Virus record (IMG/VR): IMGVR_UViG_3300033145_000692
Location: 36,908-100,907 of that record
Strand: one strand, 5' to 3'
From: a virus
Length of the DNA stretch: 64,000 nucleotides
Shown here: positions 27,040 to 36,958 of the stretch, in pieces
Position numbering within the stretch: position 1 is the stretch's first letter
Layout: each line of letters begins with the position of its first letter
The notes under the pieces: generated by a model
Told to the model about the DNA's origin: nothing
Seen by the model: only the letters and a program-made list of their open reading frames with translations
The model's database searches: none
Program-made: the position numbers and the translations under genes

Positions 27040-28074
27040 TTACGGAGTGTCAGCGCGAATTCCAAATTGTGCGGCGTCAAGGTCAGCCGGGACCCAAGCG
27101 GCAGAAGTGTGTGGATCTTCTTCTTCAACCCTTGTAGTTGTGACATATGATGTAGATGTGATGGTTTCAGGTGAACCAGCGCTCGTAGTTGTATCTGACT
27201 TAATCAAATTGCTCAAATCAACAGTGCCTGCTGTTACTTTTACCTCGGTGGTAATTTGAATACCATCAACAGATGAAGCCCCCGCTGGCAAATTGCCATA
27301 GCCATACAAATCATCAACGTCAGAGCTTGCCTCATTGTATGTTGTATCTTCATCCGTCAACCCACCATCATCTACATTCTCGTAGTTACTCCCTGCACTG
27401 GGTGTCCATCCCGTGCTGTCGCCAGCCCCGGAGGGATCAAGTGCTACGACTGACCTGTTTCCAAGAAAATCATTGTTGGCAGAACCTGTACTATCGAGAA
27501 TATAAACATCATCCCAATAGACTCTTTTGGTATAAAAAGCAGAGAAACGGACTGCTGTATGATAAGCATTAGAGCCAGGTTGTGTATCAACACCTGATGC
27601 AGACAACCATTCGGTATTATTTATCCTGAGTTCAAACTCCCCGGCGGAATCATGTGTCAAAACTTTGAATTCCAGATAGTACCAAGTAGCAGCAAGCAAT
27701 TGATTTGTGGTTGTGCCCAGTAGGGAATTGTTATTATAGACAGCGATTCTTCCATCAGTATTTAGCCTAAGCTGCATTCCCACTTGAGTATTTTCGTAAA
27801 AGAACAGAAAATCACGGAGTGCCGTTGGAAGTCCACTGCACTTGAATGCCACACCACAAACTAGAGTGTCATCTGTCGTTAGATGAGGTGTTTGGATATA
27901 TACGGTGTCATTATTCATTTCTAAGCAATAATCCCCACTTCGACCTGCTTCAATATCCATCAGGTATTCATTGGCGACCCTGGCGTATTTCCGCTCCACA
28001 ATACCACCTGGCGAAGGAGCATCGCCAATTGATGAACCGAATCCTTCAAAACCTTCAATCCAAAGCAATGCCAT
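27040..28074 (-). CDS. LamG/concanavalin-like minor tail protein
   Basis: MALLWIEGFE...WYYLEFK...DDVYILD. Confidence 0.65.
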   Translation of the reverse strand: MALLWIEGFEGFGSSIGDAPSPGGIVERKYARVANEYLMDIEAGRSGDYCLEMNNDTVYIQTPHLTTDDTLVCGVAFKCSGLPTALRDFLFFYENTQVGMQLRLNTDGRIAVYNNNSLLGTTTNQLLAATWYYLEFKVLTHDSAGEFELRINNTEWLSASGVDTQPGSNAYHTAVRFSAFYTKRVYWDDVYILDSTGSANNDFLGNRSVVALDPSGAGDSTGWTPSAGSNYENVDDGGLTDEDTTYNEASSDVDDLYGYGNLPAGASSVDGIQITTEVKVTAGTVDLSNLIKSDTTTSAGSPETITSTSYVTTTRVEEEDPHTSAAWVPADLDAAQFGIRADTP

Positions 28075-28088
28075 GTTGGACTCCTATA

Positions 28089-28137
28089 CAAAGAAAGGCG
28101 GTCGAACCCGGGTCAAGACCCAAAGTCCGACCGCCCA
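28089..28137 (-). terminator. Probable rho-independent terminator/attenuator
   Basis: GGCGGTCG...CGACCGCC stem followed by TTTCTTT on the minus strand. Confidence 0.6.
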
Positions 28138-28150
28138 AGGGAGAGAATCG

Positions 28151-28774
28151 TTAAGCACTGATTGTATAGGTGACCTTCAGTTGGTCATCGAGCACAACCG
28201 GTACATCGGCAGCGAAGAGTGCAGTTGCCCACAGCTTGTTGACAGGAGTGGTGCCAGCGTCATGGTTGCTTTTTGTCTCAGCGTGTTCGCCTGCACACAG
28301 GAAGACGCCCTTGACATCACCACCACCTGTCATGATGAACGTCACAACAGAGGCGTTGGTGATCGCCTGCGCTGAAGCAGCACCCTCTGTCCATTCACCT
28401 CGGATGGTAGTGTCGGCTACGATCTTGTAATCGGCGAACTCATCCCACCCGTTACCAGCTTGGTCAATGTTGTCATAGGTGTCACCGGCGGCAAGAGCCG
28501 AATAGCCTACCAGGTCGATCAGACCAAGATACCATGTACCGTAGATCGCTACCCCGTGGAACATCACGTCCAGGAGGATGTTCTTACCCTCGTTGGTGAT
28601 ATCGTTCTTGAAGGAATATGAACCAATCCGCACACCCTTACGGAAATGCTCGACTTGAAACTTACCACCAAGGCTAGAAAGATCGCTCCCAACGTCCGAC
28701 CCAGGAAGGATGGGACCATTGTCAACTCTGGCGATCGCCTGTTGACCAACTTGCAGCTTTGAACTTATCGACAT
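28151..28774 (-). CDS. Minor tail protein
   Basis: KNDITNEGKN...DQLKVTYTI; directly after the tape measure gene. Confidence 0.7.
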   Translation of the reverse strand: MSISSKLQVGQQAIARVDNGPILPGSDVGSDLSSLGGKFQVEHFRKGVRIGSYSFKNDITNEGKNILLDVMFHGVAIYGTWYLGLIDLVGYSALAAGDTYDNIDQAGNGWDEFADYKIVADTTIRGEWTEGAASAQAITNASVVTFIMTGGGDVKGVFLCAGEHAETKSNHDAGTTPVNKLWATALFAADVPVVLDDQLKVTYTISA

Positions 28775-28800
28775 GTGAAAACTCCATAGTAAAAGGTTGG

Positions 28801-31800
28801 TTAAATGCGACCTGAACCTCGCCGTATCTCACGACGAAAAGCCTGCATCACTTCGCGACCCGTTTGTCGGGGACTCGAAGACTCACTGACATTTATCGAC
28901 ACATCGCCGATGTTGGTGGTCGAGCCACCCGACTCACGATACACCGGAGTTCTCCCGGCATTCATTGCTTGAAGTTGTGAAAAGAAACGCCTCGAACTTT
29001 TGGCGTTGACAACAAACTCACCTTCTGATAACATCGCAGGGATAGTGTCCGTCCCACGTCCACCAGAAGCAAAGTATCCAAGTGGTCCACCCTTTGCCGC
29101 TGTGACAGCACCAGAAGATAGACTCGATTGAGCCGACGCCGCTGCCTGGACCGTCTGAAGCAATTGTCCGTAGCTCGCTACTAAATTGTCCACAGCAGCT
29201 TGTGTGTTGCTCACAGCCGATGCGTGCCCATCCTGGGCAGCGTTCGTACTCTGCAACTTCATGTTGATCCCATCGACCGAAGACTGAAGCTGATCGGCAC
29301 CAGTCTTTGCCTCAATAAACGGATTCTGGAATCTTTGGTCCCCTGCTTCAGTGCTATTAGTGGGAGGCTTAGGTTGGACAACTGCGTTTGCTGCTGCGTT
29401 TGCTGATGCCCTTGACTCCAGATATTTCTGGGCCAATACACCAACAGCCTCAGATTCTTCTTTGATAGCTGCCATGGTAAGCTGCTGAGCCGCTGCTTTC
29501 TTCTGTGCATCACCCTCAGCCATGAGAGACATGATGTGTTTAGTCTCCATCATACCATTGGCACGTTTGTTCACTGCCTCCTCTTCCTGAAGAGACTTGA
29601 CTTCAGCACTCGACTGATTGGCAAAGCTGGAGTAAGCATCCTCTGAAGCCCTCTGTCGGATGATAGCGGCTTGACCCAACTTCTGCATAGCAGTATTGAG
29701 TTCGCCGAGGTGTTGATCATACTTCTTCCGATCGCCACCCTTCCCAAACAAACCTGTCGAAAGGCTGTCTTGCAACGCCCTACCGGCGGTTGCTATTTTA
29801 TTCACCTCCGCGATGGTTTTGGGACCTTGGTTAGCCAACTCAACCAAATCAGCCTGGAGCTTATTGATGCCAATGGCTACATCGTCAGGCACCATCATAG
29901 CCTCTCCACCAACACCAATGTGACTAACTTCACTGAGTTGAGTAATCTCCTTCAGAATGTTGAGGGACTTTGTGAGAGAATTTTGGTATTCAACTTCAGC
30001 CTTCTTAGCACCAGCCCGACCTTCGCTAGAAGCTTGCTCAGCTTCAGATTGACCTGCCTTGGCAAGATTGAAGCTTCCCATGTCTTCGAGATTGATACCC
30101 TTTTTGTCCGCATAGAATTGGACCTTCACACGGGCTGGGTCTTTCGCGAAGAATGCTTCAAATGACGATTTGACCTCCTGTTGAATGGAATCCATATTTG
30201 CTGGAAGAGCAAGCAACGTTTGCACTTCGAGTTCAGCTTCTGAGATAGCCAAGTTTTCAACAAGCTTCTGAACCAGTGGGGAAGCATCGGCACCAAATCT
30301 GTCAACACCAATGTCGACAATCTTGAAGAACTTCTCCATCTCCTTTTCAAGTTCTTTCCGATTTGCCGTCATATCCGATTGAGACATGAACTCACCATCC
30401 TTGGTCTGATCAGCAAGCTTCGCAATCTTATCCTGGCTCCCCTTCAGAGCAGCCGCCCATCCTGCGGCATCTTTCGCGCTGACTTTCAGATTTGCTGAGG
30501 TTTCCTTGAGCCTTGATCCATACTTCTTCTCAGCTTCGATCATCTTCTTGGTCATTTGTTCAACACTTGAGTTGACCTGTAGACGATACCTGTCGTTATC
30601 AGTGCTCTGTGTCAAGGAGTACGCCTGTTCGTTCAAGGCGATGGCTCTCTTATGAGCCGACATTGCGATTTCATGTTCCTGATCAGTGGTTGCAGACGAC
30701 ATCAAGCTAAGGGCTCGCTGAGACTCCTCAGCAGACTTCTGCATGATCTTCCGCAGTTTCACTGTGTCAGATTCTGTCGCATCAAGACCCCGTTGGAACA
30801 AGGTATCTTCCAGACCTACCGCCAGACTAGCAGCAGTCTTCTGTGATTTCTCAACAGCCTTATCAGCTTCGATCGCAGCCGACTTTATTGCCTCAACAGC
30901 AGCGAGACGAGACTTGACAATACCATCCAGAGCCCACTTTGTGCTTGTGACGAGAGCGGAATTAGAATCCTGGGCAACGTCGATTCGATCCATGTAAGCC
31001 TTGCGATTTTCCGCAAGTTCTTTGGCACGAAACTTCTTCAACTGCTCAAACTTATGCTTCTCAGCCGAAAGCTCCTTGTCGATTGACAACTGGCGTTTTG
31101 CAACCGCCTCGTCGTTAGCAGACGCTGCATCAGCGATATCCGCTGCCCTCAGATTTGCAACGCGGGTATTGTACATCTGCATCGCGAGAACCGAAGCACT
31201 TATCACAGCAACTATCCCAAGTGAAGCTTGAAGCAGTGTGAACGAAGCGGCAGCTACCCCATTGGCGATCGCCATAATTTTCGCCTTCAATGCAAGGGCA
31301 CCCATCGCGATACCAACAGCACCGAGTCCGGCAGCAACCACTGGTAGAGTTCTACCCATGGAAGTCAGTAGAACGATAACAGTGTCAGCCCCTCCGACAA
31401 ACTGTGACATGTCGTTGAAAGCCGCCAAGACAGACTGTCCGAATTCAACTGTGAAAAAGTTCTTCAACTTGTTCAAGTCTTTTGTGACCTTCTCAGCGTC
31501 TGTTTCAATAACCAACTTGTAGGCTTTGTCGTATGCATCCTGAAGGGCTTGGTGCTGTTCCTTCAACGTCCTGTTAAAATGCTGAGCCTCATCGTTGACC
31601 AAAGTCAACACACCAGTCAAGCCACGGATACGTGGGAACAACTTCGCGATCGCAGCGGCATTACCTTCGGTGGTTCCTGTAACCGCTCTGACAGCATCCT
31701 GAAGATTATAGGCTTCCAGGACTTGTTCACCAGTGGCGAACCCAAGCTCACGCATCGCAGCCTTCATTGCTGTGGTAGGCTTCAGGAAGCCCTGCATTGT

Positions 31801-33198
31801 ACCACGAATCTGCGTGAACGCCTTGTCTGTCTTGATACCGTTGATTGTCAACGTCGCCACAGAAGCATTCAACTCTTCCATGGAGATACCAAGCTTGTCA
31901 GCAATAGGCGCAACGGTACCATACCCCTGTGCCAATTCCTCAGCACGGGTACGACCTAATTCGATTGTCTTGAAGAATTTGGCGGCAACATCATCTGTTT
32001 CGCCAACCTCTTTCCCAAAGGCATTCAGCACACCAGAGAGAAGGTTGACAGACGTTGCCATGTCTGTCTTTGTTACTTTGGAGAACTTGGCAGCCGAGCC
32101 AAGGAATGATTCAACATCAGCCTGAGTACTGGCGATCTGGTTTGATACCGTTTGGTAGGCAGCTTCAGCAGTGCCTGCGAGACCCACATTGAACTGATCT
32201 GATACCCTGTTCACCATGGAACCAATGTCATCAGCGGTACCGAGTTCCCTACCAATGGTGCCAATTTCTGCAACGGATCTCTGAAACTTGACAGCGTCTT
32301 TAACAGCCGCTCTCAATCCCGCACGGATAGCACTCAGAGCCCGAACAATGGCTTGGGTTGCCATAACCCTTGTCATAGTCTGCCACGTGACAGTCATTCC
32401 ATTAGTGGCTGTCTGACCAGCAGAGGACATCTTTTGCATATCGTTGGCGATCTTGTTCGCCGGGCCTGTCAGAGACTGTCCCAGCATCCCATGGATCGCG
32501 ATCAACTGATTGATGCTCATACCACTATTGAGAGCAGCTTCGGCAATCTTGGTCGACATTGACAACCAGTTTCGCTTCTGGGCGTCTGTAGCTTTTTTTG
32601 ACAGTGGGATAAGTTTTTGCACCTCGACTGCATACCGCGATGTGTCTGGTGCCGGGATAGCAACCCTTGATCGCCCACTGATCTTTGCCAGAGCATCCGC
32701 CATCTTGTTGGCGGTACCCGTCATATTCTGAGTCATGTCCGCATTGGTAGATGCGAGGTCGGCTGCCGTCTTCTTGTGCTTCGATGCATACTCGGCAGCG
32801 GCGGTAATGGCTGTTTGGAATGCCCTCTTCTGCTCCTTGGAAGCTGTACCAGCGATCTTGTACATACTCTGCAATTGAGAGATGTACGAAGAGAGGTCGG
32901 GCGGCTTGACAGAAGTGGCGGCTTTTGCAGCAGTGACGGGTGTAGCTTGTTTTGGAATTGCAGAAGCTCTTCCTTGGAGACTGGCAACCTTCTGTAGCTC
33001 AGTCGCCGCAATCTTAGCGTTGGAAGACAGGTGTTTGAGAGCAGCTACCGTCTTACCAGCTTTCGCATTAAACGCCGTGAAACCTGCCGGAGCAGCGGTG
33101 ACACTGGCATTCAAGGCTTGCATCGACTTGTCAAGGTTGGCTAATGTGGCGATTGCCTGACTGGCATCAAACCCCATTTTTTGTTCAATATCTGACAT
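28801..33198 (-). CDS. Tape measure protein
   Basis: 1465 aa, Ala/Lys-rich and helical, TP901-type core, C-terminal GTDTIPAMLSEGEFVV. Confidence 0.93.
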   Translation of the reverse strand: MSDIEQKMGFDASQAIATLANLDKSMQALNASVTAAPAGFTAFNAKAGKTVAALKHLSSNAKIAATELQKVASLQGRASAIPKQATPVTAAKAATSVKPPDLSSYISQLQSMYKIAGTASKEQKRAFQTAITAAAEYASKHKKTAADLASTNADMTQNMTGTANKMADALAKISGRSRVAIPAPDTSRYAVEVQKLIPLSKKATDAQKRNWLSMSTKIAEAALNSGMSINQLIAIHGMLGQSLTGPANKIANDMQKMSSAGQTATNGMTVTWQTMTRVMATQAIVRALSAIRAGLRAAVKDAVKFQRSVAEIGTIGRELGTADDIGSMVNRVSDQFNVGLAGTAEAAYQTVSNQIASTQADVESFLGSAAKFSKVTKTDMATSVNLLSGVLNAFGKEVGETDDVAAKFFKTIELGRTRAEELAQGYGTVAPIADKLGISMEELNASVATLTINGIKTDKAFTQIRGTMQGFLKPTTAMKAAMRELGFATGEQVLEAYNLQDAVRAVTGTTEGNAAAIAKLFPRIRGLTGVLTLVNDEAQHFNRTLKEQHQALQDAYDKAYKLVIETDAEKVTKDLNKLKNFFTVEFGQSVLAAFNDMSQFVGGADTVIVLLTSMGRTLPVVAAGLGAVGIAMGALALKAKIMAIANGVAAASFTLLQASLGIVAVISASVLAMQMYNTRVANLRAADIADAASANDEAVAKRQLSIDKELSAEKHKFEQLKKFRAKELAENRKAYMDRIDVAQDSNSALVTSTKWALDGIVKSRLAAVEAIKSAAIEADKAVEKSQKTAASLAVGLEDTLFQRGLDATESDTVKLRKIMQKSAEESQRALSLMSSATTDQEHEIAMSAHKRAIALNEQAYSLTQSTDNDRYRLQVNSSVEQMTKKMIEAEKKYGSRLKETSANLKVSAKDAAGWAAALKGSQDKIAKLADQTKDGEFMSQSDMTANRKELEKEMEKFFKIVDIGVDRFGADASPLVQKLVENLAISEAELEVQTLLALPANMDSIQQEVKSSFEAFFAKDPARVKVQFYADKKGINLEDMGSFNLAKAGQSEAEQASSEGRAGAKKAEVEYQNSLTKSLNILKEITQLSEVSHIGVGGEAMMVPDDVAIGINKLQADLVELANQGPKTIAEVNKIATAGRALQDSLSTGLFGKGGDRKKYDQHLGELNTAMQKLGQAAIIRQRASEDAYSSFANQSSAEVKSLQEEEAVNKRANGMMETKHIMSLMAEGDAQKKAAAQQLTMAAIKEESEAVGVLAQKYLESRASANAAANAVVQPKPPTNSTEAGDQRFQNPFIEAKTGADQLQSSVDGINMKLQSTNAAQDGHASAVSNTQAAVDNLVASYGQLLQTVQAAASAQSSLSSGAVTAAKGGPLGYFASGGRGTDTIPAMLSEGEFVVNAKSSRRFFSQLQAMNAGRTPVYRESGGSTTNIGDVSINVSESSSPRQTGREVMQAFRREIRRGSGRI

Positions 33199-33695
33199 TA
33201 TCCCACCTTAACTTTTGTTGTTTTCAGCGACTTCCATGGGTCCGGCAACCTAACATCAGCAGCAACTTGTTTGAAGACTTCCCGACCTTTTTCCTGAAAC
33301 CGATAGGGTCCAGGTTTCTTCAATTTGGCGAAAACAGCAGGATCGCCTTCTGGGCTGTTAAACTCGTTCCAAACCAAATGTCGAAGATCTGTTCCATACT
33401 CGAATGTGTATTCCCCTTTACTGGAGTCAGAAGTCATCTTACCCTTGCTATGAGCAATACCTGTACTAATATCACTCTTGACTATCGGTGAGATCGACAA
33501 GTTGAAACCAACCTCGCGCGATAGGGCGAGAAACGTTGCCCGTGATGCACCTGACCAAGTTGGAATCTCATCAAGAACTGTGTTGAGCCAAACAAAGGCT
33601 GCATGAGCAATCTCTTCTGAGAGATGCTCATGCAACCGTTTTCGGTAGCCCTCTAAGTCGAAGTGCAGCGAGGTAAGCGATCCTTTGAACTTCAT
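33198..33695 (-). CDS. Tail completion-like protein (HK97 gp10-like)
   Basis: PTWSGASRA motif; TAATG coupling to the tape measure gene. Confidence 0.5.
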   Translation of the reverse strand: MKFKGSLTSLHFDLEGYRKRLHEHLSEEIAHAAFVWLNTVLDEIPTWSGASRATFLALSREVGFNLSISPIVKSDISTGIAHSKGKMTSDSSKGEYTFEYGTDLRHLVWNEFNSPEGDPAVFAKLKKPGPYRFQEKGREVFKQVAADVRLPDPWKSLKTTKVKVG

Positions 33696-33710
33696 GATCA
33701 ACAGTCTCCA

Positions 33711-33965
33711 CTACCGGCGTGATCTTCTCCCAGGTAATTTCGGAGAGGCATGAGCCTGTTTTACAGGCTCGCCCGCCTCATCGTGAGAACACACTTGGTC
33801 AAACGCAAGAATCATTGCTTGAGTTTGAACACCATTCTCTTCCCACGATGGGTCTACACCGGGTGGTAGGATGCCTACTCGGACGCAGGCTTGCCAGATG
33901 GCGTAGGTACCGGTCCGGTACTTGGGCCAGAGGATTCGCTTTGAGTTGACTGCTGACCAACAAGA
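33711..33965 (-). CDS. Predicted -1 frameshift extension of the tail assembly chaperone (G-T type)
   Basis: Open -1 frame with no start codon near its 5' end: WPKYRTGTYAIWQACVRVGILPPGV...AMILAFDQV...RR*. Confidence 0.55.
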   Translation of the reverse strand, partial: SCWSAVNSKRILWPKYRTGTYAIWQACVRVGILPPGVDPSWEENGVQTQAMILAFDQVCSHDEAGEPVKQAHASPKLPGRRSRR

Positions 33966-34405
33966 AAAGACTCTCGCGCCTGCTCAAGCTTCTCCTCATC
34001 GAGACAGTTTGCTTGGAACACAAGCTGTTGGACACGGTTGCATTCAACCTGATTAAAGCCAGCTTTCTTCAAGTCATCCGCCCAATTCTCCCACGTCTTT
34101 GGGTTCTTGATATCCACGGTATCCCATGTGATATCACTCGGAGCCAATGATAAGACGATCAGCCAAGCCAACCGCTTCTTCCCATAGGTCGCCATCATGT
34201 CCTTGTAACCAAGGTCCTCCAGGTTGTCCACCCAGCCGATCTTAGGCTTGTGGATGACAGGAGCCTTTGGCTCCGGACAGACCTTGTTGAAGGGTTCATA
34301 ATCAGGAACACCTTGGGCTCGGAAGACGATCTCACCCTCACCACGTGGTAATACGAGGAGCACTTCATTCGGTAAGGTTTGTGGGTCTACACCACCAATT
34401 CTCAT
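33875..34405 (-). CDS. Tail assembly chaperone
   Basis: Located after the tail tubes; GGGAG RBS; low-complexity tail after ARESFL. Confidence 0.7.
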   Translation of the reverse strand: MRIGGVDPQTLPNEVLLVLPRGEGEIVFRAQGVPDYEPFNKVCPEPKAPVIHKPKIGWVDNLEDLGYKDMMATYGKKRLAWLIVLSLAPSDITWDTVDIKNPKTWENWADDLKKAGFNQVECNRVQQLVFQANCLDEEKLEQARESFLVGQQSTQSESSGPSTGPVPTPSGKPASE

Positions 34406-34425
34406 TTTGTTCTCCCTCAAGATTT

Positions 34426-34461
34426 GAAAAGAAAGCCCGGGGATGGGTGTCATCCCCGGGC
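34426..34461 (-). terminator. Rho-independent terminator after the tail tube genes
   Basis: GCCCGGGGATG/CATCCCCGGGC stem followed by TTTCTTTT. Confidence 0.8.
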
Positions 34462-34488
34462 TACGTCACTCAACTATTGGCCACTCAA

Positions 34489-35523
34489 CTATTGGGCGGT
34501 TCGGTTTATTGTTGGCTGGGTCACATTGCAGCTACCAGAGACAGCAACACTTGCTTCGCCTAGATCAACTTCTCGACTATTCGATCGGAAGTCAGAGAAG
34601 ACAGTCGTTTCGATCGCCTGCGTAGTGCAGATTGGGGTGTGGACCACCTCAATGTCAATCGCGTAGGGTTCGCACACGTCACTTGACGCACTCACCCACC
34701 CGGAAGCCCCACCCTCCTGCTTCAAAGCATCCATCGGAGAGATGGTTTCGCCAGTACCGGTCGTAATGTACTCATACACAAAGTCGAGACTCACATCCAT
34801 CGGGACATCGTTACCGGCACGAACTGTGTCAAGGACACCTCGGTCGAGATCGTACTCATACTCGTTCGCTTCCGTGTAGGTCACATTGCCTTCACCAACC
34901 TTAATGTCGATCTGCTGAGGAAGGAACGTGATAGCCTTACCATTTATGGGCAGGTTGGCAGCATCCAATGCGGGAGTGAAAGTCAACTCCCAAGTTGTTG
35001 CACCTGCATGGAGGAGTGTCACATCCTCCGAACCGGCGTCGGCAAGATCAACATCCTGGATTGTCATCAACGCAACATCGGTGGCAAGGTAGGTTCCCTT
35101 ATACTCGACAATATACGAGACACCAGCAGAACCGGTAACCTCAATATCACCAGCAGTGATATTGGCAAGAAGTTCGAGAGCCGCTTGAACAGCCGCCGGC
35201 GTTGCATTATAAGCAATGCTGGCGGTAGGACCTTCACCATCCCATGTCAGGGTATAGTTACCACTACTTGGTGTATCCAAGAAAATGGTTTGTTGCTCGT
35301 TGGAATTCGCAGCCGTGATTGTGAAGACTGTCAACGGAGACATGTCAGCAACAGTGAAACGGACACCAACGGGTAGGATTGTCACAGCACTTGGGAGATC
35401 GGCAATCGTGTCAATCTCCAGAGTCGTATCGGTCCCTGCAATCGCAACGTCTTCGACAGCAGCAGAACCATCATAGCCGTCCTTCATTCGGACAACTGTG
35501 TTCTTAAGTTCGATCCTGGCGAT
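34489..35523 (-). CDS. Major tail tube protein 2, carrying an inserted decoration domain; probable ATC start
   Basis: Paralog of 35535..36293. TAAGGAGGT followed by ATC GCC AGG ATC GAA CTT AAG gives (M)ARIELKN, matching the paralog N-terminus. Confidence 0.8.
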   Translation of the reverse strand: MARIELKNTVVRMKDGYDGSAAVEDVAIAGTDTTLEIDTIADLPSAVTILPVGVRFTVADMSPLTVFTITAANSNEQQTIFLDTPSSGNYTLTWDGEGPTASIAYNATPAAVQAALELLANITAGDIEVTGSAGVSYIVEYKGTYLATDVALMTIQDVDLADAGSEDVTLLHAGATTWELTFTPALDAANLPINGKAITFLPQQIDIKVGEGNVTYTEANEYEYDLDRGVLDTVRAGNDVPMDVSLDFVYEYITTGTGETISPMDALKQEGGASGWVSASSDVCEPYAIDIEVVHTPICTTQAIETTVFSDFRSNSREVDLGEASVAVSGSCNVTQPTINRTAQ

Positions 35524-35534
35524 ATCACACCTCC

Positions 35535-36293
35535 TTACTGGGCGGTTCTGGAAACAGAGGGTTGGGTCACATTACAACGACCAGAGACAGCAACGCTTGC
35601 TTCACCAATGTCAACTTCACGACTGTCTGATCGAAAGTCCGAGAAAATCGTTGTCTCAATTGCCTGTGTTGAACAGATCGGTGTATGGACCACCTCAATG
35701 TCAACCGCATAGGGCTCACAGGCGTCACTAGAAGCGCTTCTCCATTCGGAAGCCCCTCCAGCCTGCTTCAAGGCATCCATCGGAGAGACAGCCTCTGCGG
35801 TATGCGTAGTGATGTACTCGTACACAAAGTCAAGACTCACATCCATCGGAACTTCGTTGCCAGCACGGACAGTATCGAGGATGCCTCGGTCGAGATCATA
35901 CTCATACTCGTTCGCTTCCGTGTAGGTCACGTTACCGTCTCCGATCTTGATGTCAATCTGAATCGGAGCGAAAGTAACGACTCCTTCATCAAGGTATGTC
36001 CCTGCACCCAGGGCGGGTGTAAAGACAATGTTGGTTGTAGTCGACGCCCCATTGGAGGGAGTTCGTTCTGTGACGGTATGGACCGTCGTGGCAGCCGTTT
36101 CACCTACAACAGTAAAACGAGCACCAATCGGAACCACATCGGTTCCTAGCCCCCCGGCGTTGAGCACAAGGGTGTTAATGTCAAATTCAGTGTCGGTTAC
36201 GACTGGAGCCGTAGTATCCTCGTCAATTGCACCTGCTCCACTGAGACCGTCCTTGATACGGACAATTGTGTTTTTAAGTTCGATGCGTGCCAA
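35535..36293 (-). CDS. Major tail tube protein 1 (TTG start)
   Basis: AGGAGG RBS; lies between tail terminator and chaperone; C-terminal half near-identical to tube 2. Confidence 0.8.
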   Translation of the reverse strand: MARIELKNTIVRIKDGLSGAGAIDEDTTAPVVTDTEFDINTLVLNAGGLGTDVVPIGARFTVVGETAATTVHTVTERTPSNGASTTTNIVFTPALGAGTYLDEGVVTFAPIQIDIKIGDGNVTYTEANEYEYDLDRGILDTVRAGNEVPMDVSLDFVYEYITTHTAEAVSPMDALKQAGGASEWRSASSDACEPYAVDIEVVHTPICSTQAIETTIFSDFRSDSREVDIGEASVAVSGRCNVTQPSVSRTAQ

Positions 36294-36307
36294 GGGTAAA
36301 CCCTCCT

Positions 36308-36467
36308 AATAAGATGTTATTGGGGTTAAAACCCCTTTTGGTTGGTAAAGAAACTTAGTCGACTCTGTTTTCCGCTGTTTGACGCACAAAGTTGAATATG
36401 ACATTCCGATATCTTCAGCAGCGTCCCGAAGACACAGATATTCTACCTCATCAATAGTAATCTTTGC
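36308..36467 (-). pseudogene. NUMOD1/HTH-like homing endonuclease remnant
   Basis: KITIDEVEYLCLRDAAEDIGMSYSTL, with no canonical start upstream. Confidence 0.4.
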
Positions 36468-36469
36468 TC

Positions 36470-36958
36470 CTATGACAAATACATTTCGTACCGTGCATCA
36501 ACCATAGACTGTCGAATTTTGTCAGTCGGATCAATCTTGCCAAAGTGCATGACACGTACGGTGTCATTTTTCCCAATACGGGGCGTCAAACAGCCCAGGA
36601 ATGAATTATCGTCACCGACTTCGCTGCCATATCGGTAGATATTTATCACCTGGTCCAGTGCCTCTTGATAGAGACCCACGTTTTTCAGGATCGTGTGCCT
36701 GTTTTTTCCTGCACCATCAAAACGACTGGTGAACAGGACGTTGATATCCATAAAGATGTGGTACTCACCACCAGATAATGGTCTGGTGTATGGTCCACTG
36801 ATACGAATCTCCAACCGATCAGTGGCTTCTGTAAACTCGTCGGTTTCATCGTCCATGCTCTCAACGATCGCCGGTATACTGTTCGTTGTGGCGAGTGTCT
36901 TGAGTGTGAACGCGATTGATGCGAACATCCATCGAGCCCAGTTTGGGTTAGCTGCCAT
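36470..36958 (-). CDS. Tail terminator-like protein
   Basis: Position and size; GGAGG RBS before MAANP. Confidence 0.6.
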   Translation of the reverse strand: MAANPNWARWMFASIAFTLKTLATTNSIPAIVESMDDETDEFTEATDRLEIRISGPYTRPLSGGEYHIFMDINVLFTSRFDGAGKNRHTILKNVGLYQEALDQVINIYRYGSEVGDDNSFLGCLTPRIGKNDTVRVMHFGKIDPTDKIRQSMVDARYEMYLS

